Of a stretch of 32,000 nt of DNA, positions 23,760-30,898 are shown piece after piece. A program made the position numbers and the translations under genes. Origin of the DNA: Nitrosomonas europaea (GTDB lineage: Bacteria; Pseudomonadota; Gammaproteobacteria; Burkholderiales; Nitrosomonadaceae). Location: positions 16,230 through 48,229 of the forward strand of contig NZ_FUWK01000016.1 of the NCBI RefSeq assembly GCF_900167395.1. Direction: 5' to 3'. Within the stretch, counting starts at the first letter, position 1; the number at the start of each line of letters is the position of its first letter. Under the pieces are notes generated by a model that had not been told where the DNA came from, searched no databases, and was given only the letters and a program-made list of their open reading frames with translations.

Positions 23760-24404
23760 TCAACGGCAGCTCAAGGATTGAAGATCAAGTTGGCAATTCG
23801 CTCCCGCATCGATCCTTGTACGAACAGATAATGATTCCGCTCCAGTTTGTCCAACATAATCTGCCTTGGTCCAGCGTAATGTCACGAGTTCAGGATGTTG
23901 TTCAGGTTCTTCAGGTTGTGTATGAAAGCCTCGTGAAGTGTGGTAAAGATACTGCAGCGAGGCACTTTTCAGATCCTTGAAGAGAATAAGCCGGGATTTC
24001 GGAATAGTGAACGATGAGCCTGCTTCCGATTTCCACTGTTCAAATACGATCATAAAATTTCCACTATCCGATGGCTCAATGACGATTCTTGTATTCATGC
24101 TTCCCCATTGAGAGCGGCCATCGACTGGAACAGCGGCAAATTCGAATACCGATTCGGTCGCGACGATCCGATATCGTTTGTCCGAGGTGACGGGTGGAAT
24201 GAGGTTCGACAGAGCCTCTCTCACGACTGCAATCGCACGTTGTTCAGTCATCACCTGATCGGCAGCCTGCCTGGATTGCTCCACCCCTCGCTGAATCAGT
24301 GAGAATACTTCAGATGTCAGATAGACGAGTCCGCTGCCAATGATCATTGCGATGAGCAGTTCCAGCAGGGTGAAACCTTTTTCTGCCTTACAGGTGCCAT
24401 GCAT
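23760..24404 (-). CDS. gspJ: type II secretion minor pseudopilin GspJ-like
   Basis: Prepilin leader and methylation motif ..KAEKG|FTLLELLIAMIIG. About 200 aa, last gene of the G-H-I-J series. ATG 24404 lies 2 nt after the gspI stop; the ORF track uses TTG 24410. Confidence 0.8.
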   Translation of the reverse strand: MHGTCKAEKGFTLLELLIAMIIGSGLVYLTSEVFSLIQRGVEQSRQAADQVMTEQRAIAVVREALSNLIPPVTSDKRYRIVATESVFEFAAVPVDGRSQWGSMNTRIVIEPSDSGNFMIVFEQWKSEAGSSFTIPKSRLILFKDLKSASLQYLYHTSRGFHTQPEEPEQHPELVTLRWTKADYVGQTGAESLSVRTRIDAGANCQLDLQSLSCR

Positions 24405-24406
24405 CC

Positions 24407-24787
24407 TCAACGAATCGCTCCGACACTATAAGCCTCAAGCGATACCAATGGTTGACCTCCCTGGAAGAAAACATCGACATGTACACGGCGAAGTGAAAAT
24501 GGCCCTGCCGTGCCGGCAGAGCGATCTTTCTTTTCCGATGGCTCGATGGTTGCCGTCCACGAGAAGGGTCCATCCTGTCCTTCGAAATGGCCCTCCATTT
24601 CTGTGGCGATGACAGCGTGTGCCTCCATCTGATTCTGTGCAACCAATAGTGCTTCTGCACGTAAGGTATCTGCCTTGATTCGATCGAGATTCGTCACGAT
24701 CGAAGGTAATAGCACACCAAAGAACAATGCCGCCACAGCGAGCGTTATCAGGGTCTCGAGCAGACTGAAACCACGTTGTACCGCCAT
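24407..24787 (-). CDS. gspI: type II secretion minor pseudopilin GspI-like
   Basis: MAVQRG|FSLLETLITLAVAAL prepilin motif. 126 aa, typical GspI size and position. Start lies 4 nt after the gspH stop. Confidence 0.8.
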   Translation of the reverse strand: MAVQRGFSLLETLITLAVAALFFGVLLPSIVTNLDRIKADTLRAEALLVAQNQMEAHAVIATEMEGHFEGQDGPFSWTATIEPSEKKDRSAGTAGPFSLRRVHVDVFFQGGQPLVSLEAYSVGAIR

Positions 24788-24791
24788 ACAG

Positions 24792-25253
24792 CTACTCGAG
24801 CCTCGAAGTCCCGGTCAACGTATCAATATGAATTCGTATGCGTGCCACTCCAGATACAAGCTCAATTATTCCCCCGCTGGATGATCCGTCGGTAAAGAAA
24901 GTGATACCCTCTGTACGTCCGACTTCTCCCGAACAAGTTACCATCCAATCAGTACTTCGGCTTGAGGTAACAGGTGTCGTTCTGTCGGAGGGAGCTGCCA
25001 AGGATTCACATGGAATAAATACAGCAGTACCGCTTCGCATCGCACTCAGCCGCGCCTTTCTCAAACGGTGCTCGATACGCTCCGATACAGTCTGCAAATG
25101 TCGATCATCCCCGGGTAAGGCTTGAGCGCCGATGAGAGAAAGCAACCCAAGCAACACGATTACCACCAGAAGTTCGAGCAGTGTTACACCGCGCTCACTG
25201 TTTATCCCAATTGCCGATATCGGTATCCTCGCCACTGCCCCCTTCCTTATCAT
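24792..25253 (-). CDS. gspH: type II secretion minor pseudopilin GspH-like
   Basis: ...NSERG|VTLLELLVVIVLLGLL prepilin motif with Glu at +5. Start is uncertain: ATG 25274, ATG 25253, or GTG 25235 preceded by AAGGAAGGGGG. All of these overlap the 3' end of gspG. Confidence 0.75.
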   Translation of the reverse strand: MIRKGAVARIPISAIGINSERGVTLLELLVVIVLLGLLSLIGAQALPGDDRHLQTVSERIEHRLRKARLSAMRSGTAVFIPCESLAAPSDRTTPVTSSRSTDWMVTCSGEVGRTEGITFFTDGSSSGGIIELVSGVARIRIHIDTLTGTSRLE

Positions 25254-25645
25254 CCGCGCCCAGCGAAAAAACATCTACAGGTCCATGTTTACCGGGTAAC
25301 CGATATCGGTACGAACGTCCCCATGGATCAACCAAATGCTGTTGCTTTCGCACATAAGGGCCACGCCATCTGTTTACTCCCGGTGGAGCCTCCCACAGCG
25401 CCCGGAGCCCGTGCTCCATGTCCGGATAGCTTCCGGTATCGATCCGGTAGTAGTTGAGTGCAGTCGTGATGGTTTCCACCTGAAGAGCAGCCGTATCGGA
25501 TTTCGCGCCGGAAAACATATTCATGACCTGAGGCGTGACTACGGCTGTCAACAACCCCATGATGACAAGCACAACCAGAAGTTCAAGCAATGTGACCCTG
25601 ATTCACCCTTGGATTTAATTGAACAGAACAATAGAAATATTTCAT
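25195..25645 (-). CDS. gspG: type II secretion major pseudopilin GspG, apparently frameshifted at the leader/cleavage site
   Basis: The mature part is classic GspG: LLELLVVLVIMGLLTAVV...NYYRIDTGSYP...GLRALWE...WRGPYV...VDPWGRSYRYRLPGKHGPVDVFSLGADDKEGG. ATG 25645-25643 overlaps the gspF stop (TAATG) and encodes MKYFYCSVQLNPRVNQG, but it is out of frame with the mature part from nt 25594. The in-frame ORF only offers TTG 25590, which gives no leader. Confidence 0.85.
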
Positions 25646-26865
25646 TATGATCTCAATGCAAGTTGGTTGATACTGAGTATTCCGAGCATGACGCCACCCA
25701 CGACAAGGCCAACGACGATACCGAGAAATGCAATCGCTAACGGGTTGACGAGAGCAAGCATTCGTTCGAGCTGCTCGGATGTATCTCGCTCGAGAAGCTG
25801 AGCCGCGCGTAAGGTTGTCTTTCCGAGCTCCCCGGTGTGCTCTCCTACTTCTATCAGCGCACATGTTTCATCCGGGATAACGTAGATAGCCCCAAGCGTC
25901 GTGCCAATCGTACCGCCTTCGCGCAGTTTTCGTGACGCCCCTTCCAGTGCAACACGAAGACGCCTTGAACCCGCAGCCTGGGCGGCCAGCAGCACAGCCT
26001 CCGAAGCTTCCACACCACTTTGGAAAAGCATCCCAAGCACGTTGAGTACGCGAGAGACGTTCAACTGGTCAATGATCCGGACAGGTGGAAGCCGCATAAT
26101 CGAAGCAGCGACCCAATCCCCAAAGCGTACCGATCTGCGATACAGCAAGAACCCGATCGCCAGGATTGCACCCATCCAGAGCAAAGATGTGATTGCATGA
26201 TTTACTGCGAGATCCGAGAGCCACAGCACAAAACGAGTCATCCCCGGCAAACGGTGCTCCTCGCCCGCAAAAATCGGCTCAAAACCCGGGATCACCACGG
26301 TAAGTACGATCAAAAGCGCAATCATCACGGTAACCAGTACGATTACCGGATAGGTCAGTGCATTTGCAATCTCAGCCCGGGTGCTGGCTTGCCGCTGCAA
26401 GTAACGCCCTGCTGTTTCCAAACCTTCGGCCAGTCTGCCACCACTTTCCGCAGCTCTGATCATCGATGGCAGATACCGGGGCATGCCCACCTCGATATCC
26501 AGGGCATCTGAGAGCGGGCCGCCTGCCTGAATGCGTGGTAACAAGTGTCGAGCCATCCTGGCAGAGGGTCGGTTTCCTTTTTGCCGCGAAACGACTTGCA
26601 ACGCTTGCTCGATATTGAGGCCCGACCCCACCATCGTGCCGATCTGCTCACAAAAGAGCGCCACATCACGTATAGGTATCCGTCGGTTCAAAGTCACGGG
26701 CCGGCTCAGCAGATCATTCAAGCTGCCATCCTGCTCAATGATCCGAATCGGCGTCAGATTTTCACCAATCAATTGAACAGTAAGTTGGCGTTCGTCATCT
26801 GCTTCCCGGGTAAAAATACGGGAACCCCCTTCCGGCGTAATGGCCCTCACCGTGAATCGTGTCAC
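25645..26865 (-). CDS. gspF: type II secretion inner-membrane platform protein GspF
   Basis: 406 aa with two T2SSF-type repeats and three TM segments. The GTG start overlaps the gspE stop (GTGA at 26862-26865). Confidence 0.9.
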   Translation of the reverse strand: MTRFTVRAITPEGGSRIFTREADDERQLTVQLIGENLTPIRIIEQDGSLNDLLSRPVTLNRRIPIRDVALFCEQIGTMVGSGLNIEQALQVVSRQKGNRPSARMARHLLPRIQAGGPLSDALDIEVGMPRYLPSMIRAAESGGRLAEGLETAGRYLQRQASTRAEIANALTYPVIVLVTVMIALLIVLTVVIPGFEPIFAGEEHRLPGMTRFVLWLSDLAVNHAITSLLWMGAILAIGFLLYRRSVRFGDWVAASIMRLPPVRIIDQLNVSRVLNVLGMLFQSGVEASEAVLLAAQAAGSRRLRVALEGASRKLREGGTIGTTLGAIYVIPDETCALIEVGEHTGELGKTTLRAAQLLERDTSEQLERMLALVNPLAIAFLGIVVGLVVGGVMLGILSINQLALRS

Positions 26866-28592
26866 TGTCCGACCTCTTCGACGACACTCAACACTTCCTC
26901 CAGTGTCGTTTCCCCTTGTATTACCCTATCCAGGCCATGAGACCATAAGGTCGGCGTGTTCTTTCGCCTGGTGATCCCCAGCAGTACCTCCTCTGCGTGT
27001 GGTTGCCGGATTGCTGCCTGCTCCTCCAGGCCGATTGGAAGAGCTTCAAAGATCGGTAATCTGCCTGTATACCCGCGTCCGCGGCACGCTGGGCACCCCA
27101 TAGCCACGGGTAACTGACATGTCTCAGCCTTATGACCAGACACCGATGCCAATGCATGACGTTCATCCCCTGTCGGTTCGCGTGTCGTGCAACATTCTGG
27201 ACAAATCCGGCGAACCAGCCGTTGTGCACCTGCAAAAACCAGTGTCGACGCCAAAAGATAATCCTCGACCCCGAGATCGAGCAATCGAGTTATGGCCCCG
27301 GCTGCCGTATTGGTGTGTAAGGTGGCGAGTACCAGATGCCCCGTCAGAGCCGAACGGATGGCAATATCCGCGGTCTCCTGATCGCGAATTTCGCCGATCA
27401 TGATCACATCCGGATCGTTGCGGAGTACCGATCGCAGGGCGGCCCCGTATGTCAACCCGATCTCCGGTTTGACCTGCAACTGAGATACCCCGGGAAGCGT
27501 GTATTCAACCGGATCCTCAACCGTCACGATCTTTCGTTCCGGACTCCGGATCGCGTTCAAGGCGGCATAAAGAGTTGTCGTTTTGCCACTACCTGTCGGA
27601 CCGGTGATCAAGACGATACCGTGAGGACGATCGAGGGCTGCGCGCAGTGCCTGCAAGCCAGACGGATCGAGGCCCAGGCTCTCCAGTTCAGGCGACACCG
27701 AATGCTGCCCGAGCAGGCGCAATACCATGGATTCGCCATGGAGTGTCGGAAAGGTGGCAACACGTAAATCAAGACTGACTCCTCGCGTCGTAAAGCGGAT
27801 ACGTCCATCCTGTGGCAAACGTCTTTCTGCAATGTCGAGCCGCGCCATGAGTTTCAGTCTCGAGACCACTGATCGCGACCAGCGATTCGACAGCACATCG
27901 ACTTCCTGCAGAACACCATCGATCCGGTATCGCACGACCAGCGAATCAGTCATCGGTTCGAGGTGAACATCCGATGCACCGGCATCCATGGCCTGAGTGA
28001 GTAGCTGGTGCGCCATACGTATGGCCGGCGCCTCCGAGTCATGATCCGAAAGCTTGTCGATATCATCCCCGGTACTGGAAGCGCCCGGCGTAACGTTGTC
28101 GGTACCTGCAGAAATATCAGCTATTCCTGCCTGGAGATACTCGTCGATATCCGACTCCAACGCAGCAACCGGTTCCACATCCTTGCCCAGGGCAAAGCGT
28201 ATACCCGTAATCGCTACACTATCCTGCGGATTAGCCATGGCCAGCCTGACATACGTCTCGGATACCATAACCGGACATACCCGGTGTTTTCGCAAGAAAG
28301 CCAGATTGAGATCATTCGGAATATGGGGAGGTTGCGGATACTCGGCACGGGTCAATACGGCGACACCGAGTATATCTGCAAAAGTCCGCGCCATATCGCG
28401 TTCGGATACGACACCCAGTCGCGTCGCTGCAGTAGAAAACGCAATGCCATGTGCCAGTGCTGCCGCCTGTACGCGTTCGATTCCCTCGTCTGTGATGAGT
28501 CCGCGTTGCTGAAGTATTTCGATCAGTGCAGAAGTTGTACTGGAAAGGTACTCGGGTAGGTTTGATAAAGCCTGATTGGCTCGCATGCTCAT
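26862..28592 (-). CDS. gspE: type II secretion ATPase GspE
   Basis: Walker A GPTGSGKTTT. Asp/His boxes (VMIGEIRD, TGHLVLATLHTN). Tetracysteine CPEC...CPAC motif. N-terminal T2SSE_N-like domain. Confidence 0.92.
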   Translation of the reverse strand: MSMRANQALSNLPEYLSSTTSALIEILQQRGLITDEGIERVQAAALAHGIAFSTAATRLGVVSERDMARTFADILGVAVLTRAEYPQPPHIPNDLNLAFLRKHRVCPVMVSETYVRLAMANPQDSVAITGIRFALGKDVEPVAALESDIDEYLQAGIADISAGTDNVTPGASSTGDDIDKLSDHDSEAPAIRMAHQLLTQAMDAGASDVHLEPMTDSLVVRYRIDGVLQEVDVLSNRWSRSVVSRLKLMARLDIAERRLPQDGRIRFTTRGVSLDLRVATFPTLHGESMVLRLLGQHSVSPELESLGLDPSGLQALRAALDRPHGIVLITGPTGSGKTTTLYAALNAIRSPERKIVTVEDPVEYTLPGVSQLQVKPEIGLTYGAALRSVLRNDPDVIMIGEIRDQETADIAIRSALTGHLVLATLHTNTAAGAITRLLDLGVEDYLLASTLVFAGAQRLVRRICPECCTTREPTGDERHALASVSGHKAETCQLPVAMGCPACRGRGYTGRLPIFEALPIGLEEQAAIRQPHAEEVLLGITRRKNTPTLWSHGLDRVIQGETTLEEVLSVVEEVGQ

Positions 28593-28869
28593 CGTGAATA
28601 TCGCAGTGCTACCTTGTGCTGAACAAGTCTGGCCTGACCATTGATATGATATTTCTTGCTGAGACTTGCACTGCTACCCCTATGCCAATTATGTGATCGA
28701 ATTATATCAAAAGAGTGTATTGATTCTGGTCACCAGTGTGATCTGTCCCGGACATCCAGCACCATCGTAAATCAGACTGTTGCTCAAGCGGATTGGCACG
28801 CTTAGCTTGTATCAGCGTACATATCGCCCGGGCGACGCGATTGTTGTCATAAGCAGAAATTTAAGAAAC

Positions 28870-28921
28870 TTGTTCACGCACTAAATAAGCGCTATATTTA
28901 CGCATAAATGACGCTTATTTA
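28870..28921 (+). promoter_or_regulatory. putative sigma70 promoter with flanking 10-bp perfect inverted repeat (operator) upstream of the RHH gene
   Basis: -35 TTGTTC (28870-28875), 17-nt spacer, -10 TATATT (28893-28898). The inverted repeat TAAATAAGCG (28882-28891) / CGCTTATTTA (28912-28921) brackets the -10 box. The RHH start codon is at 28936. Confidence 0.4.
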
Positions 28922-28935
28922 TCAACAGGAAAAAT

Positions 28936-29157
28936 ATGGCAAACGATAAAGAAACAATCCGCCTCAGCTTGAGCGTATCACCCGAGCTAAACGAACGGTT
29001 GGAACAGCTGGCTTCTTCTGGGCATACAACTAAAACTGAGATTTTACGCAAAGCCATTGCGCTGTATGACGTGGTCGCTGAAGCCAAATCAGAGAAAAAA
29101 AGACTGGGTATTCTTGATCAAAACAAACAATTACTCACTGAAATCGTAGGCATTTAG
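28936..29157 (+). CDS. ribbon-helix-helix (CopG/antitoxin-like) DNA-binding protein
   Basis: N-terminal beta-strand and helix pattern IRLSLSVSPELNERLEQLASSGHTTKTEILRKAIALYD is typical of RHH proteins. 73 aa. AGGAAAAAT lies before the ATG. Confidence 0.7.
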   Translation: MANDKETIRLSLSVSPELNERLEQLASSGHTTKTEILRKAIALYDVVAEAKSEKKRLGILDQNKQLLTEIVGI

Positions 29158-29211
29158 TGAGTGAACAGAGCAATGAGAGGCACAACGACTCCCAGATCAA
29201 TCTGGGACTAA

Positions 29212-29415
29212 ACAGCTGTTATCCCGCCAAAAAAGAATCGAAAAATACCAAGACCTTACGATAAAGAACTGTATAAGCTGAGGCATCTCGTCGAAAATGC
29301 TTTTCTTCATCTCAAAAGATGGTGTGGTATCGCTACAAGATACGCCAAAAACACCTCTTCTTTCCTTGCTGTCGTACAAATTAGATGTATCGCCCTCTGG
29401 GCTGATATCTTGTGA
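29212..29415 (+). pseudogene. IS5-family transposase, C-terminal remnant
   Basis: Translation TAVIPPKKNRKIPRPYDKELYKLRHLVENAFLHLKRWCGIATRYAKNTSSFLAVVQIRCIALWADIL* matches the conserved IS5/IS427-group tail (IP.R.NRK....YDK.LYK.RH.IEN.F..LK....IATRY.K....F......A....W). A stop lies immediately upstream (29209-29211) and there is no N-terminal part. Confidence 0.7.
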
Positions 29416-29429
29416 CTAAACATAAGCAA

Positions 29430-29771
29430 TTATCCCTCAGATGGAAAAAAAAGCTCTGCACTTGAGGAAATGAAGCTCGCTTGAAAAAGCAATGAAAGTC
29501 GTTCTTTAGGCACTCCATAAAGTCTAACGTATACCTCCTTAACTTCATTACGATCATCAAAAAATATTGTGGCCTTCATAGTATCTCCCTCATAGGTAGA
29601 CATCCCCAAGGAATTCTCAACAAATTTTAGCTCCAACACTTCTAGCAAGAATTTCTTCGTATCGCTTGGAAGCCTCTTATCAGTCTTAAATTCCCATCCT
29701 GCATCTCCTAAAACTTTCTCATTTGGAACCGGCAATATAAAAGCAGCTTTGTATTGTCCTTTTGGAACCAT
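29430..29771 (-). CDS. putative immunity protein for the adjacent Rhs C-terminal toxin
   Basis: The ATG directly abuts the toxin stop codon (TAAATG at 29769-29774). Small, AT-rich, no signal peptide, no recognised family. This is the classic toxin-immunity arrangement. Confidence 0.6.
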   Translation of the reverse strand: MVPKGQYKAAFILPVPNEKVLGDAGWEFKTDKRLPSDTKKFLLEVLELKFVENSLGMSTYEGDTMKATIFFDDRNEVKEVYVRLYGVPKERLSLLFQASFISSSAELFFPSEG

Positions 29772-30890
29772 TTACTTCTCCCAAATTTGAACTGGTATCT
29801 GATCAATTCCAGCTCTTTTTGCAGCTTCCACTCGATGGTGACCGTCTTGAATTTCCAGTCTTCCATCTGTACGACGCACAGCATCTATAGGCTTGTTTTG
29901 ATCAAATCCATTTGTTCTCATATCTTTTTCGAGACGCTTTATTTGAGAGCCAGACATTTCTGAGCGAGTTTGGGTTGGAATTAAATTTGTCGGATTGACT
30001 TGTTTTATTGTTGATTCTGCCACTCCTTGTATTGAAGAACCAATTCTTCCCGCATTTCTGATTTCGGAGACGCCTGGGATCAGTATCGCAACCCGTTCCC
30101 AACCGGAGAGAGAATCACCGGTTATGGGTGTTCTGCCTGCTACTGCACTGTAGAGATCGGTATAGAAGCCGGCAGGTGTAAATCCTATCCCGATTTCTGT
30201 GAGCGTACCGGCATTCTCCCTTCCCCAGGAGCCCAGTTTACCCAGCAGCATACTGGCAGCAGCTGCACTCAGCCCCGACGGATCATTGAAGTTGATGGGG
30301 TTGTTGCCAACGTATGCATACAGATTGAGATCATCCGCGATGCCAATCGGATCGGTCTGCAGGAACCGGCCCAGTGCAGGTGAGTAGAACCGTGCCTTGT
30401 AGTAGTACAGATTGAGTGAACCGAGGAACTGCTGGCCGGTGTAGCGGAAGCGGATGCCGGTAGCGATGTTGGGTTCACCGTACGGGCCGTAGCTGTGGAT
30501 GGCGGTGCTGGTGCCAGCACTGTTGGCTGTGCCGATGACACTGCCCAGCTGGTCCTGGTACAGCCAGGTTTTGTTGGTCGTGGTGGTGCCTTCATACCAC
30601 ACCAGCGGTTCATCTACGCCGGGGCCGTGCACGTAGCGGCGCAACAGTGTGCCACCGCTGTTGTATTCAGCCACGAGATCGACACCGTCATAGGTCAGGC
30701 CGGTGATGGTGCCCGCCAGGGTGGTCTGGCGCAGACGCCCTGCGCCATCGTACGCGAGGCTGTTGCTCGAGCCGGTTTTATTGGCACTGATCAGCTGGTT
30801 GTCGAGGTCGTAGGTGTAGGTCCACACCCCGTCGCCGCTCAGGTTGCCGTTGACGGCATACGTCGGAACACGGCTAACGCCGCTTCCGAC
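29772..30890 (-). CDS. orphan Rhs C-terminal fragment: Rhs repeats + core (..DPxGL) + PT-TG + ParB/sulfiredoxin-fold toxin domain
   Basis: Rhs/YD repeats (YAVNGNLSGDGVWTYTYDLDNQL, YDGAGRL). Core end YYYKARFYSPALGRFLQTDPIGIADDLNLYAYVGNNPINFNDPSGL. PT-TG-like AGRTPITGDSLSGWERVAILIPGV. C-terminus NLIPTQ...KPIDAVRRTDGRLEIQDGHHRVEAAKRAGIDQIPVQI. The frame is open only from 30890 (stop at 30891-30893), with no ATG/SD; the first possible start is GTG 30827. Confidence 0.85.
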   Translation of the reverse strand, partial: VGSGVSRVPTYAVNGNLSGDGVWTYTYDLDNQLISANKTGSSNSLAYDGAGRLRQTTLAGTITGLTYDGVDLVAEYNSGGTLLRRYVHGPGVDEPLVWYEGTTTTNKTWLYQDQLGSVIGTANSAGTSTAIHSYGPYGEPNIATGIRFRYTGQQFLGSLNLYYYKARFYSPALGRFLQTDPIGIADDLNLYAYVGNNPINFNDPSGLSAAAASMLLGKLGSWGRENAGTLTEIGIGFTPAGFYTDLYSAVAGRTPITGDSLSGWERVAILIPGVSEIRNAGRIGSSIQGVAESTIKQVNPTNLIPTQTRSEMSGSQIKRLEKDMRTNGFDQNKPIDAVRRTDGRLEIQDGHHRVEAAKRAGIDQIPVQIWEK

Positions 30891-30898
30891 TTATGAGC

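Noticed and set aside
25646-25864. Upstream part of the 93-aa minus-strand ORF 25583..25864
   Set aside because: It is out of frame within the 3' end of gspF. Only the last 21 codons (from ATG 25645) make sense, as the displaced gspG leader.
28786-28802. TGGCAC..GCTTG resembling a sigma-54 -24/-12 promoter
   Set aside because: The GC of the would-be -12 element is two nucleotides too close to the GG of the -24 element, and the TTGC core is absent.
29197-29379. 60-aa minus-strand ORF
   Set aside because: It is antisense to the IS5-family transposase remnant.
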